A stretch of DNA of 64,000 nucleotides from the human T2T-CHM13v2.0 reference genome, Homo sapiens, in assembly GCF_009914755.1 (NCBI RefSeq), contig NC_060926.1. The stretch is one strand, 5' to 3'. The notes under the pieces were generated by a model that had not been told where the DNA came from, did no database searches, and worked only from the letters and a program-made list of their open reading frames with translations. This document shows, piece after piece, positions 28,180-42,412 of the stretch; positions within the stretch are counted from its first letter, which is position 1; each line of letters starts with the position of its first letter. The position numbers and the translations under genes are program-made.

Positions 28180-28460
28180 TTCAGAAATCTGGCCTCTCTG
28201 ACCAGACTACAGAAAATAACATTTAACCCGTTCATTTATTATTTTTGCTTTTGTATTCCTTGATTTTTTATAGTACTTGCTGCTGGCTTCTTATGGATAT
28301 ATTTATAATATTTGTTTGTTGACCTGTCAGACTCTCCACTTGAAAGTCAACGCAGTGAAGACAGAGGCTTAACCTGTTTTTTTTGTTGTTGTTGTTGCCA
28401 GATCCTTAGTACCCTCAGTTCCTGGCACATCATAGGTGCTAAATTAATACTTTTAATAAA
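28180..28460 (+). mobile_element. L2 3' end
   Basis: CTCTCCACT.GAA.GTCAA..GTGAAGACAGAG..CCTGTTT ... TTCCTGGCACAT.ATAGGTGCT.AATTAATA. Confidence 0.7.
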
Positions 28461-29824
28461 TTTCATGAGTTACTGAACTTTCAAAGAAAAAATTGCTTAC
28501 AGACTTAGAACACTAATCTTGCCAATTATTTTCTTTCCTATCAGGAAGGAGTGATATATATGTGGAAATAAAAAAAACGCATTTTGCAAAACCAATTCAT
28601 CACACTATTATCCCCTTGAGATTTATTTCACTGCATAGTTTCCATGGCACAAGTTGAGGAGAAGGAATAGAAGTCAATGTAGCCCATAAAAAGATGAGAC
28701 CAACTAACTCAGTGCATCTGAAAATCATAATATTGGCAATAAATCACTCATGATAACAAACAGCATTTACTTTTCGACAGATAACTTTGTGCCAAGAATT
28801 TGTCCTGCATTCCCTTTATTTATGATAAAACAAAAGTGACTTAAGCTTTGTCATGAAAGAATGCTTTAAGTGATGCTTTTAAAAATATGTACACTGTTCT
28901 TGAAACAACTCCATTCTGATTTATATTTATAGATGCTGCTATGCACATTCTAAGGTAGTTGATATAAAGAGGAATTGTGGCCAGGAATCATATGAGTAAG
29001 GATTGATGCCTTCCTCATTAGATTAGAAGTCTTAATACCTTATCCACTCCCAATTTTTCTCCCAACAAGCAACAATTTTTTTCATCTTCAAAGATAGTCA
29101 TGCTAACCTGTCAATGGAATAAAATTCAGTTGACTTAAAATCTGTGATGTAACATACTTTAATTATATTTGCTATACTAGGAGACTGTCCTTCTGTGGGA
29201 ACTCTTGAAGGTTTTTTCTTCCTATCCTGCATTATTTTTCAATATTTAAAATCCCATGATTTTAGACTAACTGTATCTTGATTTTATGTTTATTACATTT
29301 TTGTGTTTGACACAGAAAAACATTGACTATTATATGCACAAAGCCAAAAGGAGAAAAAAATGAAGCAAATATTTTATGTAATTTCAGCGTGTATTGGATT
29401 CATACTAACTCAGGCCACAATAAGCATAAATGTTTTCAAAATGGTCATGTGTTCCATAACCTTCCCCCACTCCATAGATAGACTCCAACCCCACAAATGT
29501 TGATTTTATCTGTTGAAAGCTAGATGAAAACAGGGAGAAAATAGTATAAATATTTGGTGGTTTTCAGGTCACACCTTTTATAAAACCAGATACTGGCCAG
29601 AAAGTTTTGGTTTTCCAGTTGAATCAATTGAGCTGATATAGGGCCCATCCCTTTGTGCTCCTATCACCCTCCAATTCTTGTCTCTATTATACATGCATTC
29701 CACCCTCTGGAAACAATCAGTCTTCCCTACCATTTTGGTGCTTTGGGAGTAAGAATTTTATCTTAATCTAATGCTTTGATGAATACTTGGCACACATCTG
29801 GCAGAGTTATTTGTTTTTCTTTTA

Positions 29825-29910
29825 TTAGCTGTGTTACCTTGGACAAGTTTATAACTACTCTGGATATAGTTTTTCTTATCTGTAAAATAAGGGAACTGAG
29901 CTAGAAAGCT
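29825..29910 (+). mobile_element. MIR core fragment
   Basis: TAGCTGTGTTACCTTGGACAAGTT..TTTCTTATCTGTAAAATAAGG. Confidence 0.75.
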
Positions 29911-30859
29911 GACTTCAAACTGTTTTTCCTGGAAATGGGAAAAGAGAGGAGCGGATAGAATTAGCAGATATGACGCTGGTTTTTCCATTATCAGTAGGAC
30001 AGATCCTCTGAGTTGTCTTACGTATTGAATTTTTATATAATAAAATAATCCCCAAATTAAACAGATTTGGAAATCTCTGGGCTAAGTGATCATTAAGGGT
30101 CTCTAGTTTTAATTATTTGAATGATATTATTTTAAAGCATCTTTCTGATGCTTTTAAATGTGGATTATACAAGCAGAAAGTAAAGAAAATTAAATGCACT
30201 CTGGGTGGTGAGATTATTCAGGGTTTATTTCTCTCCCTCTCCCCATATTTTCTACAGTGAATAAATGTTGCCATTGTTAACCAAAAATTAATACTGTTTT
30301 TAACAAAAAGACAAAGAACAATATGTACAATATATAGAGTTAAGAAAGACCTATGGCTTTTAAGAAAACGTTTAATTAAAATATACTTTAAAAATATTTG
30401 GAATATACAAAGAGAAAGAAGACGAGAGACAGGAAGAGAGAAACACAGACTGAAAAAGTACATATCATGGTGGGTTGATTTTTCAAAGTATGGTATTTTC
30501 AAATTATTTTATATAGATTAGGATATAAATTGTTACTTATTTCATGTGAACAAAATCAGCCCCAGCTTACATTTGTTTCAGATGCTTTCCATTCTTAGAA
30601 ATTATTTTAGCAGATACAATTTACATTTGTTGAGTATATATGTTAAAGAGTAAGATTCTTAAAACCAATTTATGTTTTAATGTTTGGTCTTCAGAAAACT
30701 GAATAAAAGAAAAATTTCCATTAGTATTAGTTAGTAAATGAGAAATATTATCACATACAGTTTAAAAAACAACTTTGTAACAAAAAAAATCAAGGAAATC
30801 CTTTCTATAGTTCAGTCTTCTACCTCTTGAAAAAACAATACGTAATATAATCTTAAGCA

Positions 30860-31400
30860 TGTACTCACACTCAACCTAATATTTTAAAATTATCTCTAAT
30901 AAGCCATTTTCTCAAATCATTCTGGCTTTTAAATTCATCACTATTCAAGCTCTGATGAGCAGTAGAGCCAAAAAGCATTGTTTTAGTTTTTGCTGCTTTT
31001 AAAACCAGTTTGTTTTCCTGGAACCAGTCTGCCAAAGTCTTTTTGCAGTTCAGTAGTTAAGTGAGAAACAGATTTGCCATTAAAATGCACAGTCGTGCCA
31101 TCTGCATAAAGATGTATAGAGCAGTAATGACATATCCATGTTAAATCATTAATAAAAAGAGAAAAGAGGAACGGGTCCATGACTGACACTGTTGCTTAAT
31201 AACTGGAAGGAGAAGGAGGGGAAGAGACAGCCCTGTGAACAGTAACAGATTGATGTCTGTCGGAGCCATTTCTTATCTTTTGACAGCATTTGGGCTGGAG
31301 CCCATGCTCCCTACCTTCTGTAGTCAAAGCCCATGGTTCACTAGGCCAAAGCAGTTTTAGAAATTAATAAAAACCATCGCTTAATTCAGAATTCCCCTTC
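30860..31400 (-). mobile_element. Ancient CR1/L2-superfamily (Crack-like) LINE, decayed reverse-transcriptase fragment
   Basis: Minus-strand translation across frameshifts: VFINF*NCFGLVNHGL*LQKVGSMG / SDRHQSVTV / SVMDPFLFSLFINDL..CSIHLYADGT..LQKD / LADWFQENKLVLKAAKTKTMLFGS / FKILG; these are non-LTR RT motifs in the correct order. Confidence 0.85.
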
Positions 31401-32509
31401 AAGAATGTATTCATTAATATTAGGTTGTCATGGAGTGACATATGAAGCCTTGGCAAGTTCTTCACAGGCTTTTCATATGTGGAACTCACATGTTCCCCTC
31501 ATCAGCATCTTTGAACCTTCTGAATGCTCATTATTAGGATTAACCATGGATAAAAATAGGCTTCACTGCATGATTTTTTATTTCATTTTATATCGTATTG
31601 GGGGAAATGGGGTTTCCAGGGATGCTAAAGCAAATCATGAATTAAGTAATGGGTATATAATATAAATTTCAAATTTCAAAAATCTCTTTAAGAAGAAAAG
31701 ATAGATAAATGAATTCCACTTTCAGGTAAAGTTATACCTTTTGACTTTCTCTCTTTTGGTACCAAAGTTGGTAAATGATATTTATTTTGATATAATACGT
31801 GAAGTTCCAGAAAGAATTGATATGACCCCTCTGGCCCTTAGGAACTAACAAGTTTAAAGGAACTCTTAACCCCCACCGCCCCCCAACACACATATGTTTG
31901 TATATATGTGTATAACTCACGCATCAAAAATATATAAAGGAGTTCAAAACTAACTTTGGCTGTATCATAATATTGGTATAAATTTACAGGAGTCCTGGAT
32001 TAATGGGAGTTAAGATTCAAATGACACCAGTCTGGGGAAATTTTTTTAAAAGACATAAATCTAGGAAATTCTGATGTCTTGTGTTGGCAGTCTAAATTCA
32101 CCTTTGACGATAGTTATTAGCTATTGGTCACTGTTGTGTAGTTCAATATTCAGTGGGACTTGAAGTGGGATAAAATATCCTTCTTGTGTGTATTTACAAA
32201 TATTTCCTCTGGGATATCATAGACCTATGCTGTGGGGAAGACCATGGGGTTATGGCATGGGATCTATGTGTTAGTCTCCCTTGGAGGGACTAGTTGGGTG
32301 ATATTAAGCAAGTCAGCCCTTTCTGCCTCAGATTTGCCTTCTATATTAGGAAAACCCTTTTAACCCTTTCATTCTAAAATTCTATGATGTTAACAACTAT
32401 AGCGCAGTTGTGAGGTCCCTGCCTATTGTAAATGCTTTAGGAATGCTTGTCAGTGGGCTCCATGACAAGTGCAAAGCACACAATAGGTAAGTGGAAACCC
32501 TAGGCTTTA

Positions 32510-32930
32510 CTTCCTCAACTGTTTACTCTGAGATCCCAATTATGTGCCAGGAATGTGCTTGGCATGGAGCGACAGTGAAAAGCAAAAGAAATCTACCTTT
32601 ACGGAGCTTTTAGTTTGGTTGGGGACATTAAATAAGGAAAGAACTAAATGTATAATTGGCAATTATGTTAACTGACTTGGAAAAAGATACAAGAAGGAAT
32701 TTAACATGGGCTAGGGGCTCAGGGAAGCCCTTGGAGAGAATTGACTTGTGAACTGAGATGTATAGTATAAGCAGGAGTCAATTGGGTGTTGAGTTTGGGA
32801 ATTTGGAGTAGACAGTGCCAAAAGTGTGCAAGGCAAAGGAAACAGCAAGTGCAAAGGCCCCAGGCACACTGCAGAAACTGAAAGAAGGTTGGTGTCTCTC
32901 TACCTTTGGATTGAGGAGTAGGAGAGGTTG
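32510..32930 (-). mobile_element. L2 3' region
   Basis: TATGTGCCAGG..TGTGCT.GGC..GGAGCTTTTAGTTTGGT.GGG..CAGGGAAG.CC..TGAACTGAGA..GGAAACAGCAAGTGCAAAGGCCC. Confidence 0.8.
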
Positions 32931-33423
32931 TAGGGCTAGGCAGGGGACACATCATACTTGTAGCCTTGCCTGTAAATCCAGTTTTAATCAGTAGCTGAGA
33001 AGTAGTTCTAAGAAATATGCCTAAGGATTCATGGAACACCTTTTCACTTCTGTGATGGAAAGAAATAATGTACTGTATGTTATCTTAGACATTTTGTTGG
33101 ATTCATTTCCCTCTGAATAACCTCTCTAATGTCTCTAATGAAGGAGCTGCTTGCTTACCAGCACAAAGAATGCTGGGAGAGTTTTTTGATCACTAAAAAT
33201 GAGTTTAGTAATAATAGTGAAACATGACAGTCCGAGGTTCAATAATGCTTACTTGAAGTTGCCACTTCCAGAAAAAAATATCCAAATCAACAACATTTGC
33301 TGATCAGAACAATGCTAAACTTTAGAATCGGCTGTTCTTTATTATTTTATTTGGCTGAAAGGGTAGACCCGAAACACATCCCTTAAAGTATCTGTAAGCT
33401 GCACATTCTGGAAGACTCTAGAT

Positions 33424-33590
33424 CCTTGCTGCTCAAAAGATGGTCTGCAGACCAGCAGCAACAGCATCACTGGGAGCATGCTAGAAATGCAGAACCTCAG
33501 GTTCCACCCAGACCCACTGAATCTGAATCTGCATTTTATCAATATCTTCCAGGGGATTTTTGTGCACATTAAAGTTTAGGAAGCACTGCT
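33424..33590. mobile_element. MER5A-like hAT-Charlie MITE
   Basis: GACCAGCAGCAACAGCATCACTGGGAGC.TG.TAGAAATGCAGA..CTCAGG..CCACCCAGACC.ACTGAATC.GAATCTGCATTTT..TTAAAGTTT..GAAGCACTG. Confidence 0.9.
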
Positions 33591-34544
33591 CTAGGTCTCT
33601 CAATAAATAAAGATAAAATAATGTAGAAATTGAACATTTAGAGTAAATGTAAAATTAGCTTCCTTGTAGTTAATTATTGTTTTAATGTTAAAATGTCCTT
33701 AACACTTTCATAAATTCAAATTTAATTATTGTTATGGAAAAATGTTTCACTAGGAAACAATTACTCTAGGCATAGTGCCAAAAGTTTCAAGGTTTAAAAT
33801 TTACTCAAAACACAACAAAATATTTTGAGTGTATACATATTTCCTTGTGGGGCAGAAATAAGCATGCTAAATATCAATTATCAATTATGGAAATTTCCTG
33901 TAAGCCAACAATGTTCACAGTAGTTAAAGGCACAGCAATTCAATGGTATGTTCTTTGTACTAAAATCATCATTAAATAATCGTTTAGCCTTGAAGAGCCT
34001 TACAGGCAAAATCTAAAACTATTTATGGGATTCATGTTTGAAATTTCCAAGAGTATTTGGACTTATTTGGAACTCACGTTTATATAATTAAAACACATTC
34101 TCAACAATTTACTTAACTAAATTTGGAGCTAGGAGCTCTCAATGGATGCATGAATCATGGGAGCCTTGCCAGATGTTTTGGAGTGTGGAATTCAAAACGC
34201 ATTAGCAGTATGGCACATCATGAAGTTTGATGCAAAACATTTCTTCTCCCTTTCCAAAAGCCTTGTTTAGTTTCTATTGTAAGGCATGAACTATGGTGAC
34301 AGCTCATAGCTCTAGGGAAACATCTAAAATCCATAAGTAGCATCTACCCAGATAGTGGAAATATGAGGCAATTATCTACACCATCAATGTTATATAAAAG
34401 CCTGTCCATCCAGCTATAACCAGATAACCAAATCCAAAGTGGATATTTACCTGTAAGGTGTATTTCATTTTTATTTTATTTTTATTTTTTGCCTAACATT
34501 CTGCAGAAGATTCCCTGTCCCTTGCTCCATTCCCACCCTCCTTA

Positions 34545-35400
34545 ACCTCAACAGATGATCTTTATTTTTTTTTTTACAGAGTAAATACAATCAATTAGAA
34601 AAATCTTCTGAAACATCCCATGTTTTCAGCACTACAAGGGTCAGAATCCCTCTGTGTTCTCTGGGGTGCTACTGTGCCATCTATAATCTTCCTTTTCTTA
34701 TCCCTTTTCTTTGAATCTTTCCTTTTATCTTTCTAATGTTCCCCAGTGTTTAATAGCATCAAATTTGATAGAAGTAGTGGGCTTGTATATATAAGATGAA
34801 GGCTCTCCTCTCACACACCTAAAAACAAACAAACAACAACAAAAAAACACCATGTTGTCTTCTCTTGGCCCTGTCTTCCCCTAAAGAGGCTGTTTGATTT
34901 TGTCCTTTCTTCTTTTCTTTAGAAGAATTAGAATTAGAATTAGACTTCTTGAAAAAAATAACACTACTCAACTCCTGTTTCTTCCTTAACCATTCCTTCC
35001 AACTCAAATGCAACGGTTGATGGTAATGTCACCAGTTACCTCCTTATTGCAAAGTTCAAAGGTTAGTTTTTCATTCCTCATTGTACTCAACTTCTCTTCA
35101 GCACTCTGTGGTCTTTTACCTCCTTCTTTAAATTATCTACTTCCTCCTTCTGCAGATTCCAAGGTACTACTCTTTTAGTTTCCATTCTAGTCACATTTCC
35201 AGAATTGGGCTCCTCCCTGTATTTACTGTCCCACTAACGAACTCAGTTTTTGATTCTTCTTCATCTCCTAATTGCTTTCCTCGGCACTAGTTTGTATTCA
35301 TATCAGACCATTTTCTCACAACTACGGAAACAATCAGCCTTAAAAACATGATTTTTCTTTCTACTTAAAAATTTCCTAATGCCCCATTCATTACTTATGA
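34545..35400 (+). mobile_element. Degenerate L2 internal fragments
   Basis: CAGATGATC..TACAGAG.AAATA, GTCACCAGT.ACCTCCTTATTGC.AA, pyrimidine-rich L2 ORF2-like blocks. Confidence 0.5.
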
Positions 35401-35526
35401 AGAAAGGTGCCTTCTTGATTGAAAACATGAATGATCACAAATGGTGATTTATAAATATTAAAATGCTTTTGTCAGTATGACCCATGCCTAAGTAGTGGTG
35501 TTGGGAAGAATAAAAATCTATTATGG

Positions 35527-35750
35527 TAATATCTGGCATTCATTGAGTTTACATGTTGTAAGCATTGTGCTAATTGTTCTAAATGCATATTTTAATTCTC
35601 ACAATAATCCTATAATGTCTTCTCACTATTACCTCATCTACTGACCAACAAAACTGAGAGTAGTGACTTTCGCTCATAGTCACAGAGAGTAAGTGTTAGA
35701 TCTAAGATATGAAACTAGATAAGCATTACTTCAGATTCCATTCTTTTAGC
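35527..35750 (-). mobile_element. MIR SINE
   Basis: CATTCATTGAG..AGCATTGTGCTAA..TTTAATTCTCACAATAATCCTAT..AAACTGAG..GTCACAGAG.GTAAGTG. Confidence 0.8.
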
Positions 35751-35898
35751 CAGATTCCATGTGGCCTTCTGGTATAGGAAGGTCAGCAGCAAAGTCACCA
35801 CATCCAGTTAGCGGCACCACCCCCTCCGACTAAAGGAAGAGGAGCCCCCATCTGGGCTCCATACCATTTCCTAGTCTACTCCTTCCCCACAGGTTTAG

Positions 35899-36256
<358 letters not shown>

Positions 36257-36889
36257 GCATATGTCTTCTAAGAATACTTGGAGTACCTGAAGCTGAAATT
36301 GCCTTCCTGAAAGACATTGTGCCAGCTTCCAAGGCATGCACAAGCCTCTTTACTGGATCTGTTCTCCTGGACAAAGACCATGTTGTCAGAGTCCAAGCCT
36401 CTAGCTGAGCCCAGGCATCGCCAAGGTGTAGGTTGTATGTCCCAGAAAGTGTACTTGAGGCCTCATGGGTGGGTCAGAGCTGGGGCTGCAAAGGGAAATG
36501 AAGCAGAATGCAGCCAAGGGCTGGGGATGGCTTTCTCTGCTCTACCACATTCTTGCACTGGAGACCAAGGAGTCTAAAAGTTTAAAACCTGGTCTTCCAG
36601 GAGGACAGAGAATATTTTATTGTATAGTTGTTTTGCCTGATTTAAAACCTTTAAATACTTATACCAATGGTATATGGGCCTAAATTGTCTGTGTCTGAGG
36701 CCCTGCAATTGTTAAGAGTGGGCCTAGTTGTTGAGTGTGTTTCTTTTCTTTTCTTTTTTTTTTCCATTTGAAGATACAGGAGACTGAACATCACAAAGTT
36801 TTTGTTTCATTTTTCCGATTCATATAACAATATTATGTAGCTTAGAAAAGTACTTTTTAGTATGCATAAGATTCACCTATGCACATAGA

Positions 36890-37367
36890 ATTTCCAGATG
36901 TAATGTGCATAGGAATCACCTGGGGTTCTTGCTAAAATGCAAGTCCTGATTTGGCAGGTTGGAGGCTGGGCCTGAGAGTCTGGATTTCCATCAAGCTCCA
37001 AGTAACGCTGATCCTGTCCATCTTTGGACCACATTTTGAGTGTCAAGAACCTTCAGTACTTTTCAAAAATGCTAATTATTGGGCATCACCCTCAGAAATT
37101 TTGATGAATGAGATCTAAATGGGACCCAGATGGTGAATAAAATAGGAATTTTTAAAAAGCAACACAGGTGGTGCTGGGTAAGGTGGTCTGCAGCCCACAT
37201 TTTCAGAACAAATGCTTTAGAACATGCTTCTCCAACTTTAATGTGCATATGGATTACTGGAGATTGTTACAAGGCAGGTTCTGGTTTTGTTAGATGTTGC
37301 ACTTCTGATGGGCTCCCAGGTGATGCCATACTGCAGACCTACCAACCACACCCTAAGTAGCAAGACT
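36890..37367. mobile_element. Cluster of about three MER5-family MITEs
   Basis: Repeated motifs: AATGTGCATA.GAATCACCTGGG..CTTG.TAAAATGCA, CCCAGGTGATGC, GGACCACA.TTTGAG..CAAG (copies ~36890-37048, ~37060-37220, ~37222-37367). Confidence 0.75.
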
Positions 37368-38627
37368 TTAGGAAAACACCTTGGGCTCTTCATTGTTTGA
37401 CTATTTTGAATCTAGTTTACATCACTGTGAAATAAGGGGTGAGAAGGTGACTTGGGTGCAGTTTCTATGGACAACATCCTCAATCCTTGGCTTCACAAAT
37501 TTTATACAAATAATCTTTAAGGCCTTTGTGTGATGCCAGATTTGCTGATGTTATTTTTTAGGAATTTCTGCTCAGGTTGGGCTCTTCTTATATCACTGAA
37601 GTCAGTGACAACTGGTTTGATATTATTTGTAGATGTTTCCAAGAAGCACATGTGGCTTATCTGGCAACTTGAAACAACACTAACCATTTCAGATATTTAG
37701 ACCAATGAGGACACTCAACTTAAAAGCTGAGGAACCAGTGTTCCTTCTTGGGATCCCACTGAGTAATACTGAATGCCTTGAGTGCTAAATATGTGTTGTG
37801 ATTATTAATCTCATAAATTGGAGGTATGTAAGTGGATAATGCAAATGTGTGGGTTTCTTTGGTTAATCCATTTTACAGTCTGAATCATGATCTGTGGGTG
37901 GAAGATTTAGACTGTGCCTATTCACAGAGTTCATTCTAGTATTTGGAATCAAATTAATGACAGGCAGCTTTCACAGGGCAACTCACAAAGGTGAATTAAG
38001 GTAATTCAGGGGTGGTTAACAATGAAGAGCTTGACTTTCCAAAAGGCCCAGAGAACCCGAGAAAGTTCACGTTTAACATGCATGAACAGTGGAGGCAAAA
38101 TCCTTGACATTGAATGTAGTTTCTTTAAAGTTTGTTAGATTCAGTTAGTTATTTGGGACACTTAATACAGAAATTGTGAAATACCTTGAATGGTGCTGCA
38201 AATTTTAATATCTCCTTATACCTGCCTGCTTTTAACTACTAGAGAACACACAAAAGGTTCATGCGTCATTAAAACACACACACACAAAATGAGGGAATTG
38301 CATTAAAGAACTCTATAATTAAGCCAATAATTCAAGCTCCTTGGAGTATTTGAAGTTTTCTTTTCTACAATAATTCATAAAGTAGTCAGACCTACCTCTT
38401 CATCCGAGTATTAATTTATTGAAATAATAATAAACCAATAGAATATACTGATTCCCATATTTTCTTTTGAGGACACGCTCTCAAAAAATTCAAAGTGTCT
38501 TTTACTATTCAGTCACAAAAGACAAGATTCCCTCTAATTTCTACCATGAACATTTTGCATATTTCTGTACATAGAAACAAAAGATTGAGAGCTCTGGGAG
38601 TTATCTATCCCCCTTTCCCCATGCACC

Positions 38628-38798
38628 CATGTTCTCAACATGTGGTTCCCCAGACCAGCAGCACCAGCAAATTCTGGGATTTTTGTTAGAGATGCAAATT
38701 CTTGGGTTTCACTCCTGGCTTAATGAATCCAACCCAGATATCTTATTTTAATAGCCCTCCAGGTGTTTCTGGTGCGTGCTCAAATTTGAGAACCACTA
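38628..38798. mobile_element. MER5A
   Basis: TTCTCAA..TGTGGT.CCCCAGACCAGCAGCA.CAGC..TTGTTAGAGATGCAAATTCT.GGG..GCCCTCCAGGTG.TTCTG.TGC.TGCTCAAATTTGAGAACCACT. Confidence 0.9.
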
Positions 38799-41700
38799 AT
38801 TGATAACATTCCTTTCCAATTCAATTGAATTCAACAGGTATTTCTGGCACATCTCAAGAGGAGAAAGCAGAATCTTGGCCCAGAATAGATTTTGGAGAAA
38901 TTTGATCATGAGTATGTAACTTTAAGATGGTGCTAGGATTGCTTTAGCATCCATACAAAAACAAATATTTTAATTGAATTTATAACTAGAAGTCTTACTT
39001 TTTATTAAATCCAAGTAACAGGAAATAATTTTACCCCTAAAAATGGGGTATGAGGCACGATCTTTTTGCCCTCATAATGAGGGTTCTTTGACTGTAGAGG
39101 TAGGATCAGGAATAAGATCTAGAAAGCTGGCAAGACAAATGAACAACTTAAGGGTTCAAAGGTAAAATGAGCAAAGAATGCTATAAAAACATTTTAGAAT
39201 GACCCATCTTGACAAGGTGACAAAGAAAGGGGAATTTGGGGAGGAGTAGGGTCATCTGCTGCTATGTCCTTCACTTTAGGGATTTCTCCTCTTCATCATT
39301 TTAAAGCATACCATGAGACTTGAGACATGCAGTGTTCTCTTCTTAAGTGACAGAAAAAATAATGAATGAAGGTGAGAGTTGTTTCATAGCATTAATGATC
39401 TCAGGAACTGCCTGGCATTGATTATTTACAGCATTTCACACATTTATATTTGGCACAATAGTATGTTAGTAGATTGCATGCTAGGAGCAGGAAAGGAGCT
39501 TTTCAATTGAATTTATTTCATGCAAGCTAAAAAGTTCACACTGATTTATAAATGTACAATGGAATAAGATTCAATGAGCCTTGATGAGACAAAGCTGAAA
39601 TAATTCAGAGTCAGAAGCCTGAAATATTATAGGCAGTTTGTTCATCTCTGAAATCTCATACTGTTATTTAAATTCCTCCAAGTTCATTAATCCCATTTAA
39701 TAGCAGCCGATGCAAATCCACTTGGACTTTTGGGAGAAAAAATATAATGAGCCATAATGCCTTACTACCACAGAAAATAATACAATTATTTTTGCTTTGC
39801 AAGAGGTCACAATTGAAGAGTTTGAGATTTTGAGCTGCCATAACTACAAATTTAGCAAAAAGTAGGCATTTAATGATAGAGTTCACATTGGCGGTTTAGG
39901 TTTTATTTTGAATGTTTGTTTTGTCTTAAAAACACTAATGCTGAAATGTTGTCTCAAATCTTTATTTTCAAATCACTTATTATATTACCATAAATTACAT
40001 GGTGCAGTAAAGGCCAGATTGAAAAGAAAGCATACTTTACTGTCTCATTTTTCTATAAATAACATGACACTTTATGAAATAAGAATTATCATAAAAGTTT
40101 CTCTTTTTTTCTTTTATAACTCCAGTTGTAAGCACTGAGCTAATGGCCTTCCTCCAAGTAGCTCAGTGGACTAGTCCAAATATAGGAGTATAATGGGTAG
40201 AGGTTAACTGTAGGAAGTCTGAGAAAAACGGTAATCTATAATTTCACCACAATTATAACGTTTCCCTTAAATAATAGTTAAGTCTATGGGGTGAGTGCTA
40301 ACAAATACCTTTTAAAGATGCTCTTATTACTTTCATTGTTTTGATGCTTTGGCATTCTCCACATGTGCCATTAGATGCAGCAAAAGACCCGGGCCGTGAC
40401 CTACAGTGGTTTAGAGGTTGTGGGTGACAACCAAGCAGAGGGCCTCAGGCCATCATCTGGGGTGAAGCACACTGTTATCTCAAAGACCGGCTGTGCCACA
40501 TTTACAGGAAGCAAAGCTAGCAAAGTTAAGAGACTCTTTGTCAAGATTAACTAGGCCTCCATCAAAGACTAACAGTAGAAAAATGAATGCTTGCCTCAAC
40601 TGGGATGACTCAGAAAAAAACTTTCTTTTTTCCCAACAAAGAGGCAAGATAATGAAAGAAGCTCCAACTTCATGGGTATAAGTGGAAATCCTGTTATGTT
40701 TGCTTTACACCCTCCCTGCCTTTGTGAAAGGGAAATGTGTAAGTAAAGGTATCTGTTAGGTAAATAACCCAATGGGTCATACACGCAGCTGTGTGGAAAT
40801 ATCATAGATGGAATATACTCCAGGTCCCAAAAATCAAAGCAAGACATGCGAATTGCACATTTAGGACAAATGGTGAGCGATGAGTGGGATGAACATCCCT
40901 GTAATTAGGCCAGTAATTTGAAAGTCTGAGATGCATTGTTTGCAGGCTTCAAGATCTGTGTTTATCTAATATCTTGGGGACAAAGAAGGGTCTGGCTGGA
41001 GAAAAACCTTTCCTGGGATCAGTTGGCAAAGGGAACAGTGAAACACAGACAACCGTCCTGTGTGGATTTATTGGTATATTTCAGGAGAGTCCTTCTTCTG
41101 TTCCCACTGTCACACACTGTGCTATTATGGATTGTGATTAGGGATGGGCTCATGCATTATGCCAAGTTTAAAACCCACACAAAATTGCAGGGTTAGAGTC
41201 TGGAACAAAACTCCAGCTTCTTGGTGTGGAGTTTTTCTACTTATGGCAAAATGTGGCTTCCGGGAGGGTGAGTTAAGATGCCTCAAAGGGAAAAAATTCT
41301 TCCAAGGGAACATTTTGATAATTCAAGTGTAAATAAATATAAATCCAAAACACATTTTTAATTAAAGGGAAATTGCTTAGCAAAACATGTTTATATCCAT
41401 CTCCCTTCTGCACACACTCACTCACAGTCCCCTCCAAATAAAGTTCAAAAGGGGTAGCTTTGGAAAGAGAGGGTTTATAAACCCACACTGGATAGCCTCT
41501 TTCAAATCACATAAGATTTATTAAGGCAATGCAAAAAAGTGTTGTTGGAAATCACAATAAATCATGTTAAATAAAATAGAAGTAACTGGTTATGAAACAT
41601 ATGTTGTCATTTCCCCACATTGAACATACTGAAATTTTAGCACTTTTATCTTAACAACATACTAAATGATCTTTCCACAAGCAAGTTTTCCATTTCTCAA

Positions 41701-42284
41701 GAAGTCCCTGTACTTTGACAGCCACAATTCCTCTGCATTTTCACCTGCTCTATTACCATTCCATCACACCCGAGGCACTTGAATTACTGTATGTGAAATA
41801 TGAACATTTAGTTCTAGCTTTGTTTATTTTAAGCTTTTTTTTCTCTTCTTGTGGCTTTTGTGGTATCTTATGTTTCATAAAATGCTTTCAGGCCTATCTT
41901 CTCCATATATAGATATATAAAAATATGTATAATAAGCAACCATTCAGAGGGAAAGAAGACAGGAACAATGGGAAGGGGAGTATGTGAAAAGGAGTATTCA
42001 GTTATTCTCAAACATTTGTAGTATCTATCTATGGTCTAGTATTTTTTTGTTTAAACCTGGCTTCAAAGGAAACCTAAAGACACTGATCTGTAATCTCTTA
42101 GAGAGCTCTCACCAGCTACCTACAAGGACAAGCAGAATTTAGTATTTGTTTCACTATTTATACAAAAAGGGCAGAGGACATTTCATCTGTAGAAATGAAG
42201 TAATTAAGATAATACATAAAAGTTAGCCTTGAATTTTTATTCTCATGTGTGTTTTTACAATGTCAATGTCTTTCTCCTATCCCC

Positions 42285-42412
42285 ATATAGATATCTGTCT
42301 CCTCCACTACACTGAACTCAAGAAAAAAAGGTGTGTCTTAGTCATTTTGATTTTCTCATTATCTAGCATTAGACCTGAAACTTACAGAAGGTGCCCAATT
42401 AGTGTGTTTCAA
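42285..42412 (+). mobile_element. L2 3' end
   Basis: ATCTGTCTCCTCCACTAC.CTGAACTC..GTGTCTTAGTCAT..ATCTAGCA..AGGTGCCCAATTAGTG. Confidence 0.6.
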
